In this document: positions 12,231 to 22,324 of the stretch, piece by piece
How the letters are laid out: each line of letters opens with the position of its first letter
Position numbering within the stretch: position 1 is the stretch's first letter
Assembly (NCBI GenBank): GCA_963575745.1
Contig: CAUYUJ010000284.1
Location: 62,001-115,872, forward strand
Direction of reading: 5' to 3'
Source of the DNA: Prorocentrum cordatum
Lineage: Eukaryota
Length of the DNA stretch: 53,872 nucleotides
Program-made: the position numbers and the translations under genes
The notes under the pieces: generated by a model
Told to the model about the DNA's origin: nothing
The model's database searches: none
Seen by the model: the letters and a program-made list of their open reading frames with translations, nothing else

Positions 12231-12389
12231 CGGATCGTCCTCCGCCACGGCCAGCTCGGCGCGGCGCACGGCGGCCCGCAGCCGCCGCGCGCGCTCCCCG
12301 CTGGGCTCGCCGCGCAGCTGCTCCAGCTCCGCCTCCGCGCGGCGCAGCGCGAGCAGGTCCCGCCGCTGCCGCCGCCTCTCGGCGGCCAC
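12231..12389 (-). CDS. Gene A exon 4 (VAAERRRQRRDLLALRRAEAELEQLRGE...AEDDP)
   Basis: Coiled-coil-like with high GC3. The GAG|GT acceptor is supplied by a MITE target-site duplication. The exact donor is uncertain by a few nt. Confidence 0.7.
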
Positions 12390-12392
12390 CTC

Positions 12393-12812
12393 TCGGCGGC
12401 GAGCGACGGGGGGGAGGGAGCAGCAGAAGAGGAAGAAAAAGCCATGCAAACATCAACTTTTGGCGCTCCGCGCGGACTGCTTGGCTCTGCGCCTGGGCCC
12501 CCCCGGCGGCGCCTCCGGCGCCGCCACTTGGTGCGCGGAGCGTGCCAGGGAGTGGGGCCCAGCGCGAATCCAAGAAATCCGCGCGGAGCGCCAAAAGTGT
12601 ATGTCTATGTGGTTTGTTCTTCTTCTAGGGAGGTGAGAAGGGGCGGGTCTTCTCAGAAGGCTCTGAATTTGCTGGGGCCTTCTGAGAAGTTTTCGACGCC
12701 TTCCCCGAGAACACAAAGAAACACTTCTCACAAGGTGTGAGGGGGCTGAGAAGTGTCCCTTCCTTCTGAGAGGGCCTTCTCCTTCTCACTTACCCCCCTC
12801 GCTCGCCGCCGA
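12393..12812 (+). mobile_element. Family B MITE with a perfect 5-bp TSD (ACCTC) and a nested family G element (about 12455-12610)
   Basis: ACCTC at 12388-12392 and 12813-12817. The inner TIR is ACTTTTGGCGCTCCGCGCGGA / TCCGCGCGGAGCGCCAAAAGT. Confidence 0.85.
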
Positions 12813-13068
12813 ACCTCTGCATGGGATCCAGGGGGACACTAATATCCGCTTCCCGCATGTTCCCATATCTTCCTGGGAGTCGACGATGATCTGCGCCTGT
12901 GTGCCTTATATTCCCTCCTGGACCTCCAGCAGCGCTTCCCTGCGCCGCGCAGAATCCCCCCCTATGCTTGCACACTTCTCCTGGAACTTCGTCCTCCCCG
13001 TCCACTTCCAACACCTTCCTGAGCATCGACGACTCCCTGCGACGTTGTGCCTGCTCCCCCTCCCGAAC

Positions 13069-13116
13069 CTCCAGCAGCGCCTCCCTGCGGCGCGCCTCCA
13101 GCGGCTGGGCGATGGC
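13069..13116 (-). CDS. Gene A exon 3 (AIAQPLEARRREALLE)
   Basis: 48 nt, phase 0/0, with a GAG|G acceptor and a GAG|GT donor. It joins exons 2 and 4 in frame. Confidence 0.7.
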
Positions 13117-14116
13117 CTCGGGGCTCTCTTGCGATGTCTGCCCGAGAGGGAGTGCCAGAGAGAGGAGTGCCGGCGCGCGTGGCGCACAAGGGGTCCTGCG
13201 CAGGGGGTCCGCATCCATCGTGCCTGCTCTGCGCCTCCTCAAAGGCCAACCTAACGGCGATGCTGCTCAACGGTGATTCTGAGAACCCAAGTGTAGGAAG
13301 CCACGGACCGCACTTTCCCACATCTCCTCGATGCGAACGTATCGAACGAGAACGACACAGAACATTGTAGGAAAGCGCGGGCCACGCGTTCCCACAATAC
13401 CGAAACCTGCATCGCCATTACCTACATCGCCGTTAGCGTGTCGACGGCTCTTCCCCCTTTTCCTGCATGCGCACGCTCGCGCGGATCCAATCCCAAGGAC
13501 ATTCACAAGACCCCCGCACAAGGCGCACAGTGTTCCCCGCAGAAGGCCTACAAGACTCGCGCGCGTACTTTTTCTACTCAGAGTAATTAGCTGGGCCAGC
13601 AATTCAGAGGAGAAACAGCAGGTGGCGACATCCGAACTCTGCACCCACCAACCATCGATTCCCCTGAATCGATGGGGGGCGGGGGTGGGGTTCGAATTTC
13701 GCCGCGTGTTCAACACATCCCGACCCCACCCCCCGCCGCCCATCGAGCTGCCTGAATCGTTCATCGGCGAGGGTAAGGGTTCGGATGTCGCCGCCGAAAC
13801 CCAGAGGACAACCGCCACCGAAAACCCAGCGAAGGGGCCCACCCCTGGGCGGTGGCACGCCCGAGCGTCGTCCTGTACTGGGAGACGCTCGGGCGTGCCC
13901 CCGATGGGCTCTCGGTGGCGAGGGTCCCCACGTCTCCCTCTGAACCACGGCCCGCTCACTGTTCCAGCGCTTGCGGAGAGCCACCTGCTCTGTAGCGGGG
14001 CTGCAGTTGGGGTAGGCAGAGGGGTGCGCTGTGGCTGCTCGGCCTCGCCGCGAAGCCGCGGATAGGCTGGTGCGTCCGCGGCCATCCGCGCAGCCTCAGC
14101 ACCGCAGCAATGAAAG

Positions 14117-14279
14117 AGGGGCCCAGGAACACGCAAATAAATAGACACGACTCCCAGGATTCCCCCTCACTTTCCCGCATTCTCTGGGTTTTCGTCTTAC
14201 CCCCCCCCCACTTCCCCTATTCTCCTACATCTTCCTGGGAGTCGACGATACATGGCGTCTGTGTGTTTTTTCCCTCCCG
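14117..14279 (+). repeat. Family C dispersed repeat (about 160 bp)
   Basis: AGGGGCCCAGGA...TTCCTGGGAGTCGACGAT...TGTGTTTTTTCCCTCC. Copies lie at about 10402-10557, 12830-12920, 12950-13064, 16452-16608, 41950-42113 and 42523-42595. Confidence 0.75.
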
Positions 14280-14495
14280 AGCAGCTGCTGGCTCGAGCTC
14301 CGAGCCGAGCAGGTCCCGAAACCGGTCCCGTGCACGCAGCCGCGCGGGGGCACGGGCGGGTAAAACAAGCTGGGCCCCCCCTGCACCGTTTCCCCGGGGG
14401 GGAACGCAAGGCTCGAGCTTGGGGAACTCGGGCTGGCTGGGAAGGGCTCATACGCCATATATATATATATATATATATTATGTGTGTACGCTCCG

Positions 14496-14635
14496 GGCTG
14501 GACCTAAGCGGTGTTTGTCGTTTTCGTTGTGTTGTTCGCCATTCCTCGTTTTGCCTTCGCTTCGCCTCGAATGCAAAACAAGACTGAAAGCAAAGCGGCC
14601 CACGAGGTGGCCAAAACACCGCTCAGGTCCAGCCC
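14496..14635 (+). mobile_element. Family H MITE
   Basis: TIR GGGCTGGACCTAAGCGGTGTTT / AAACACCGCTCAGGTCCAGCCC. A second copy lies at about 42161-42300. Confidence 0.7.
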
Positions 14636-14951
14636 TGCACCACGTCAGCAGGTGGGCCAGGGAGCTTGGTGTATAGACGCCCCAGCTGCCCGACCTGCGG
14701 GAGGCTGGAGCGTCTGGACACCGATTGCCTTCGCCGAACTCCCTGCCCCCCTGGCCGACCAGACGATGTGGTGTATGCATCGAGCCCCTCCGATTGGCCT
14801 GGCGGGGCTGTCGAAAAAATGGCAGGGCCTTGTCCGAACATCGACGCTGAAACTCTCGATGCAGACATCTCACGGAACCTGGACCGTCAACGTGCGCGCT
14901 GGGACCGCCGAACCGCTTCGAAAGAGCCCCATGTTTCCCCGATGAGAGGGC

Positions 14952-15269
14952 CTCGGAGGCGGACACCTGGGCCTGGACGGAGGAGTTCAGCCGGTTGATC
15001 TCCAGGAGCTCCTGCTCGGACAGCGCCTGCAGCTCCTCCAGAAACTGCAGCTCGTCCAGGCAGAGCGACCGCTCCCCAGTCACGCCCGCCTTCTCGAGGC
15101 TCGTGGTCCGCCTCCTCCGCAGGAGCTCGGCCTGGTACCTGGCGCGCTGGAGCTGGCTCTCGCACGCCTGCTTCTGCTCCGACGCGAGCTGGTGCTCCGC
15201 GGTGGCGAACAGGACCTCCTCGTGCAGCTGGCTGCACTGCTGCCGCAAGACCCGGAGCTCGTCGTCCAT
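14952..15269 (-). CDS. Gene A exon 2, coiled-coil (MDDELRVLRQQCSQLHEE...QVSASE)
   Basis: Heptad-like L/E/Q-rich sequence with high GC3. It follows CCAAG| and ends at a GAG|GC donor. Confidence 0.8.
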
Positions 15270-15275
15270 CTTGGT

Positions 15276-15475
15276 TCGGCGGCGAGCGAGGGGAGGAAAT
15301 GAGAAGGGGCGGGCCTTCTCAGACGGCGGCGGGACTTCTCAGAAGCCCTCGCGCCTTCTGAGGAGCGTTTGGCGGCTTCGGGGGAGGCTCAGACAACTCC
15401 TCAGAAGGCCGGGGGACTTCCGAGCCTTCTGCGAAAGCCCTCTCCTTCTCCCTCCCCCCCTGGGCTCACCGCCGA
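15276..15475 (-). mobile_element. Family B MITE between gene A exons 1 and 2
   Basis: TIRs are present, with flanks TTGGT and TTCGT. The internal sequence is inverted relative to the 204-401 copy. Confidence 0.85.
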
Positions 15476-15489
15476 TTCGTGACTTCGTC

Positions 15490-15846
15490 CTGGATCCGGC
15501 GCGAAAAGTCGCAGTCCGCCGCCATCACGGCGCCCAGGTAGGCGACCCCTCCGCCCAGGATGTCGGCGCCGCGTGCGCTGGGGCTGCCGTCGCCCTCTCC
15601 GGGAGCACCCGCCGGCGGCCGCAGTCCCGCGAGGTCGGCCTGCGCAGCAGAGGCGTCGAGGCCGCCGTCGAAGCTCGGGTCCTCGCGGTGCGCACGCCTG
15701 CTCTTCTTCTTCTTTTTCTTCTTGGCGTCCGGGTCCCCGTCCACGAGCAGCTCGCCTCCAAAGCCTCCGAAGGCTCCGCCGCCGAGGCCGCTGCCGTCCG
15801 CGCCGCAGAGGTCGTCCGCAAAAGGGTTCTCGGGGTCGCCGAGCAT
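15490..15846 (-). CDS. Gene A exon 1 (MLGDPENPFADDL...DAKKKKKKKSRR...DFSRRIQ); uncharacterised protein
   Basis: GC3-rich, protein-like frame within ORF 15466..16005. ATG at 15846 lies about 70 nt downstream of a spliced-leader-like motif, and the frame contains a poly-Lys stretch. The 3' boundary is uncertain: CAG|GA at 15490, or extension to the MITE at 15475. Confidence 0.7.
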
Positions 15847-15916
15847 CCCGAGCCCGGCTGCCAGGCACGAGCTCGGGTAACGGCTCCGGCTCTGCCGAAG
15901 AGACGGCAGCGGCGGC

Positions 15917-15935
15917 CTTGAGCAAAGAAAGCTAC
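15917..15935 (-). promoter_or_regulatory. Dinoflagellate spliced-leader relic / trans-splice acceptor
   Basis: The minus strand reads GTAGCTTTCTTTGCTCAAG, versus the 3' 19 nt of DinoSL, GTAGCCATTTTGGCTCAAG (15/19 identical, ungapped). It lies just upstream of the gene A start. Confidence 0.65.
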
Positions 15936-16627
15936 ATAAGCACATCTGCGCATGTGCCTGTGAATGAACATGTACTACGCGCGTTGCGTGGAGGAGAGCA
16001 TGCACGTGTACAGCCGGCCCGTATCAGAAGGATGCGCGATGAGGATGCAAGGTCCTTGGAAGGCCATGTCGAAGCTTTTCGAGCGCGGTGCGGCCGACGA
16101 AAGCGGCGAAGGACGGACCGAGGAGGTGAGGATGCAAGGGTGCCCTTCGGATTGGTTGCCCTCCTTGCTGTGGGTTGACCGCACGTGCGCGTGTGCGCGT
16201 GCGCGTGCGCGTGCGCGCGTGCGCGTGCGCCAAGGCACAGCCCCCGCGCACGCACAGCCCCGCCGGTCGCCCCACGCGCGGCCCACTCGGGCGCGCGCGG
16301 CCGCCGGCACCCTGCCCTTCCAGGGACAAGATCCGCGGCGGCCGGGCCTCGGGCCAGGGGTGCAAAGCTGACACGCGCGCGCTCGCGCCACCCTCGACCC
16401 GCTGGGGCCGCGTGCGGAGCTCCCCGTGGGGCACGATCGCCACGAGAGTGAAGGGGCCCCAGGACACACAAATAGATACACACAAATAGAAGCATTCCCT
16501 ATATTTTCCCATATTTTCTGGATTTCTGTCTTCCCCCCCACTTCCCGTAGTTTCCCATATTTTCTGAGGAATCGAGGATTAATTGTGTCTGTGTTTTTTC
16601 CTCTCCTGAGATAGGTGCCCCGACGTA

Positions 16628-16806
16628 CAGTCAGCCCGTAGCAGAAGGATGCACGGCAAGGATGCAAAGCCTTGGAGGCCCATGTTGACGTTTTGTCTAG
16701 CGAGGTTGGCCAGCGAACGTCGCTGAGGATGGGCCGAAGGGGCAAGGATGCAAGGGTAGCCTTGGACCTTGGGAAGCTTCCCCGTCCTTACCATGCGGGT
16801 CGACTG
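16628..16806 (+). mobile_element. Family J MITE, Tc1/mariner-like (TA|CAGT...ACTG|TA)
   Basis: TA-flanked TIR CAGTCAGCCCG / CGGGTCGACTG with internal GGATGCAAGG motifs. Relatives lie at 16011-16181, 31659-31829 and about 2510-2570 (partial), with an inverted copy at 24523-24681. Confidence 0.75.
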
Positions 16807-17241
16807 TAGGCGACGAAGTACGCACAAGTTCCCCAACCGAGGCCGCAGGTGGAGCCCCTTTTATGGGGCACGATCCGCACGAGGGGTGCGCGTGCGAGGT
16901 CTCTCGCTGGGGCCACAGGCGGAGCTACCCACGGGACACGATCCGCGCGAGGGGTGCCGAAGAGGGCGCGGGGCCAGCAGGAACAGCGACGGCCGGCAGC
17001 GACGAGGCAGCAGAAACATGCGGCGGCATGCGGCATGCGGCGCAGCAGCAGGGAGGAGGGCGGAGGGAGGAGGGGATGGAGGAGGCAGGGCGCAGCAGGC
17101 AGCGCATCAGAAGCAGCAGGGAGCGGGCGGAGGGAGGGGGAGGCATGACAGCATCGGCGGAAGACGCCCGGCGCTGCGAGCCGAGAGCAAGGGCCCGGTG
17201 GCGCAGGAAGGCAGGGGAAGAAGACATGAGGTGCCGACAAG

Positions 17242-17364
17242 TCACAGTTGCTCGTCCCACCCGAAGCTCCTCGAAGATGGGGGATCCACAGGACTTTTGA
17301 TGCTGGCCCCCGAGACGCGATCCATGTGAGGGGCGTGCGAGAGAGCTGGCCCGTGGACGCCGGC
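17242..17364 (-). CDS. Gene B candidate last exon (RPASTGQLSRTP..., or ...MDRVSGASIKSPVDPPSSRSFGWDEQL*)
   Basis: CTCAG|G acceptor. The frame is ambiguous: two plausible frames differ by 1 nt at a C4 run. Confidence 0.4.
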   Translation of the reverse strand, partial: AGVHGPALSHAPHMDRVSGASIKSPVDPPSSRSFGWDEQL

Positions 17365-17434
17365 CTGAGGCCCGGGCGTCCGCCGCCGGCCGATGGTTCG
17401 GAGAGATGCCACGAGCCCTCTGGGCGTGGGTTTA

Positions 17435-17583
17435 GATCGGGCATGTCCCCCTACAAGCGGATTCGGGGAGGACAAAGTAACAAACACGTGCTGAAAACTG
17501 ATTCAGAGGGGCACAGAAACTCGTCCCCCGACGATTTGTTGGCCGGTCTTGGATATTCCTCGTGTAGAGGGACATGCCCGATT
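17435..17583 (+). mobile_element. Family A MITE
   Basis: Same TIRs and internal TCGTCCCC / ATATTCCT motifs, with TTA and TCA flanks. Confidence 0.8.
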
Positions 17584-17719
17584 TCAGCGTAGGCGGTTGA
17601 AGGTCTTCTCTCGTCTTCTTCCACCTTCCCCTCTTCCCCTTCGGGGACTGGTGTACCCCTCCCCCTACCCCTACCCCCTCCCCCTGACCTGGACGGGGCG
17701 CCCCGCGACCGATTGGAGC

Positions 17720-18545
17720 GTCCAAGATCGCCCAAGATGGCTCCAAGGGGACCTCAGATTCCAAGATGGCCTCCAAGAAGGCTCAAGGTAGCTCAAGATA
17801 GCCTCCAACGTGAGCCAAGAGGCTCCAAGACCGCCCCAAGACGGCTCCAAGTGACCACGGAACACCCCCAAGAGAGCACCCGATTGGCGAAAATCCTCCC
17901 ACAACCGTAAAGGAGATCCATGTGTTGTGCTGTCTCGCGTTTTCGCTTCTGACGGCGTTCCGAGGCGTCAAGATGGATCCAAGATGGGCGAAGCGGGCCC
18001 CAAGAGAGGCCCAAGAGCCCCAAGAGGGCCCCAAGACGGCCCCAAGAGCGACCAAGAGCGCCCCAAGAGCGCCTCAAGAGGGCTCCAAGAGGCGACTTTA
18101 GGGAGCTCCATAGTGGCGCCGCTAACCAAAGCTCCCACTTCCATGAGCGACCTCCTCCAAGATGGCCTCAGGAGGGCATCCAGGGCTCACAAGAGAGCCC
18201 CAAGAGAGCCCCACGAGACCCCCAGGAGGCCAACAAGGAGGCCCCTAAGCGGCCCCCAAGACCCCACAAGAGGCCTCCCAGGAGGCTCTCAAGAGACATC
18301 CCAAGACGGCACCAAAAGGGGCCCAAGAGAGGGAACACGAACCAAAAATCCGAGCCTTCCGCCCAGAGAGGCCTCCAGGAGGCCCGAGGAGGCACCCAGG
18401 AGGCCGCCCCAAGAGGCCCCTAAGAGGCCCCAAGAGGCACCCAAGAGGCCCAAAACAGGCCCCCAAAGGCCCCAAAACGGCCCCCAAGAGGATTCAAAAC
18501 TGCCTCCAATTGCCCCCGAGAGGCCTCCCACGAGATCCCAACGAA
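17720..18545 (+). repeat. CCAAG-array element (units of about 11 bp, GGCCCCAAGA)
   Basis: The same motif arrays occur at about 8955-9260, 39600-39780, 48660-48980, 49360-49960 and 51750-52310. Confidence 0.85.
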
Positions 18546-19025
18546 CATCCAATAGGCTTCATACCTGGCCACGACATACTGCAAAACCTAGATTGCCCCA
18601 CAGATATTGCAACACGTACTATGCTAGAACATACGATGCGATCACGCTTGCACACAAAACAACATATGGAAAAAGGAAGGAAACACCAGAAAGGACCCCC
18701 ATGCCTGGCGCGCGAAGAGAACCAGGGGCGGGCGCCAGAGGCGTCGCCAGGGAGGCCTGGCTCATATCCAAATGTTTATGCAGCTTTTCCGCCGCCAAAA
18801 CCAGCGGTCCGCCCTGTGGGTTAAGACGGTCTACCCTACTGAGCTTTTTTTGTCCATCCTCCGAGGTGCTTCACTATGTGTCTCTTTCATGGGCGGGGTT
18901 TGTGACTTGGCCGGTGGGGATACGCGAAGCGTGACGGCTTCCGCGGTCCTCACTCCACCGCGCCGCGCGCGTCCCCGTCACGGCGCCCAAAGCGCGGCGC
19001 ACAAAGCGCGGCGGCGGCGGCGCGC

Positions 19026-19061
19026 CGGAAGATGCTGGAGCCCACGGTGGTGCGAACGTGC
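19026..19061 (-). CDS. Gene B exon (RHVRTTVGSSIF)
   Basis: GAG|G acceptor in phase 2. It ends at a GC donor at 19025, or reads through to TGA at 18950-18952. Confidence 0.65.
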
Positions 19062-19284
19062 CTCGGCCGCGCGGTCGGCGCGTCGGCCGCTGGGACGGGC
19101 TCTCGGACGTCGCCACCGCCGCCGTCGTCGCCACCGTCGTCGCCGCCAACGCAGTCGACGTCGCCGCCGCCGTCGTCATCGTTGTCCCCGTCGCCTCAAC
19201 CTGAGCTCCTCCAGCTCAACCTGACCCTCAGACGGCCTCTGCAGGCCCCATCTTGTCGTCCTGCTGCTGCTGCGTTCCTCGTCC

Positions 19285-20420
19285 ACCTCCTCCTCCTCCT
19301 CCTCCTCTTCCTCCTCCTCCTCCTCCTCCTCCTCCTCCTCCTCCCCCTCCACCACCTCTCCTTCCAACCCTCCCCCTACCCCTCCCCCTCCCCCTTCCCT
19401 CCTCCTCCTCCTCCTCCTCCTCCTCCTCCTCCTCCTCCTCCTCCTCCCCCTCCTCCTCGATCTCTTCTTCCTCTCCTGCTCCTGCTCCTGCTCCTGCTCC
19501 TCCTCCTCCTCCTCCTCCTCCTCCTCCTCCTCCTCCTCCTCCTCCTCCTCCTCCTCCTCCTCCTCCTCCTCCTCCTCCTCCTCCTCCTCCTCCTCCTCCT
19601 CCTCCTCCTCCTCCCCCTCCCCCTCCCCCTCCTCCTCCTCCTCCTCCTCCTCCTCCTCCTCCTCCTCCTCCTCCTCGTCTTCTTCTTCATATTATTACTA
19701 GTATGTTTCTTCTTAATATTATTAGTATTATTATAAGTATTAGTATTATTATTACTACTATTATTATTGTTGTTAATAGTATTATTATTATTAATAATAT
19801 TAATATGATTATTATTAGTATTATTATTAGTATTATTATTATTCGTATTAGTATTGTTACTATTATTATTATTAATATGATTACTACTATTATTATAATT
19901 GTTATTATTATTGTTATTATTATTATTATTCGTTTCTCCTTCCGTTATTAGTATTAGTATTAGTACTATTCTTCCTATTAGTTTTCCGATTACTATTATT
20001 CTTCTTAGTATTATGATTAGTCTTCTTAGTATCATTATTACTCTTCTTACTATCATCAGTAGTAGTATCCTTCTTATCCTTCGTAGCATTATTAGTATTA
20101 CTCATATTATTAGTATTCTTATTATGATTATTCTTATTTTTTATTTGTATTATTAGTGTTATTCGTATTATTAATATTACCAATAGTATTATTATTGTTA
20201 TTATTATTATTATTATTAATATTATTATTATTATGATTATTATTCGTCTTCTTATTATTATTCGTGTTATTATTAATATTCCTCCTCCTCCTCGTCCTCC
20301 TGCTCCTCCCCTCCTCCTCCTCCTCCTCCTCCTCCTCCTCCACATCCTTGCTCTCGTTCCCCTTTTCCTCCCCCTCCCCCTCCTCCTCTTCCTCCTCCCC
20401 CTCCTCCTCCTCCTCCTCCT

Positions 20421-20451
<31 letters not shown>

Positions 20452-22310
20452 AGCATCATCATGATCATCATCATCATCCTCATCCTCATCATCATCATCA
20501 TCAGCATCATCATCCTCATCATCATCAGCATCAGCATCATGATCATCATCAACAACATCAACATCAACATCACCATCAACATCATCAGCATCCGCATCAG
20601 CCTCACCAGCAGCATCAGCATCATCGGCGTCGTCGTCATCATCAGCATCAGCAGCATCATCATCATCAGTAGCAGCAGCGGCATCATCATCATCAACATT
20701 AGCTTCATCATCATCATCAGCATCATCATCATCATCATCAGCATCGCCAGTCATTATCACCATAGTCAGGATCAGCATCATCATCATCGTCGTCATCATC
20801 AGCATCAGCCTCAGCATCAGCATCACCAACATCACCATCATCATCATCATCAGTCGTCAGCATCAGCATCATCAGCATCATCACCATCATCATCATCATT
20901 TTCATCAGCAGCATCATCATAATAACCACCACCACAATCATCAACACCATCAGCATCAGCATCAGCATCACCATCATCATCAGCATCAGGATCATCATGT
21001 GAATCAGCATCATCATCAGCAGCAGCATCAGCAGTATAATTAAGCATCATTACCATCATCAGCATCATCATCATCATCAGCATCATCATCAACAACATCA
21101 GCATCAGCATCATCATCAGCAGCATCGTCAGCATCAACACCATCGCAAGCATCATCATCATCAGCATCAACATCATCATCAGCAGCAGCATCGTAATCAG
21201 CATCATCAGCATCAGAATCATCATCATCAGCATCAGCAACATCATCAGCACCATCATCATCAGCATCACCAGCATCACCATCATCAGCAGCAACATCACC
21301 GGCATCAGCATCATCATCATCGTCATCAGCATCACCATCATCATCAGCATCATCATCAGCAGCATCAGCATCAGCATCAGCATCAGCATAATTATCATCG
21401 TCAGCATCACCATCATCATCACCATCAGCATCATCATCATGATCATCCTCATCATCATTATCACAACCACCACCAGCAGAAGCAGCAGCAGTAGTATAAG
21501 CATGTTCACCATCGTCATCAGTCATCAGCATCATCACAACCACCAGCCTCAGCATGTCATTGTCATCGTTATCATCAGCAGCAGAAGCAGTAGCAGCAGA
21601 ATCATCATCACCATCGTCATCATCATCACCAGCATAATCATCGTCATCAACATCACCATCATCATCACAATCATTATCATCGCCATCGTCCACATCAGCA
21701 ACACCATCAGCATCAGCATCAGCATCACCGTCATCAGCAGCATCAGCATCATCAGCATCATCACCATCCTCAGCATCCTCATCATCATCACCAGTATCTT
21801 CATCATCAGCATCAGCTTCACCTGCATCATCATTACCTTCATCATCAACATCATCATCAACATCAGCATCATCAGCATCATCGTCAGCATGATCAGCATA
21901 ATCATCAGCATCAGAATCAGCATCATCATCAGCATCATCATCGTTGTCGTCGTTGCCCCCACCATCATCACCATCGTCATCATAATCATCATCAGCAGCA
22001 GCTGCAGCATCATCAACACCATCATCATCACCATGTTCGATCATCACCACCCCATCCACCAGCATCATCATCAGCAGCATCACCATCGGCATCATCATCA
22101 GCATCATCATCAGCATCACAATCGTCATCATCACCATCATCATCAGCATCATCATCAACCTTATCGTCATCACCATTATCATCATCATCGTCATCAGCAG
22201 CATCATCATCACCGTCACCATCACCATCATCAGCGTCAGCGTCAGCATAGTCGTTGTCATCGCCATCGTCGTCACCGTCGCCAGCGTCATCGACATCGTC
22301 GGCGTCATCA
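19285..22310. repeat. 3-kb compound triplet array: (CCT)n-(ATT)n-(CCT)n-(CAT/CAG)n
   Basis: Direct inspection. Confidence 0.95.
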
Positions 22311-22324
22311 GCGGCACCCGAATC

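Noticed and set aside
12950..13066. Continuation VREGEQAQRRRESSMLRKV as coding sequence
   Set aside because: The DNA is a diverged family C repeat, and the exon more plausibly ends at GAG|GT (13069).
13331..14065. 244-aa plus-strand ORF in a gene A intron (also coding-like patches at about 14666-14900 and 5016-5285)
   Set aside because: There is no recognisable motif or clear codon bias. It may be decayed transposon sequence but cannot be supported.
17927..18934. 335-aa Pro/Arg/Lys-rich ORF (also the ORFs over 48794-50340)
   Set aside because: It is a product of CCAAG tandem arrays.
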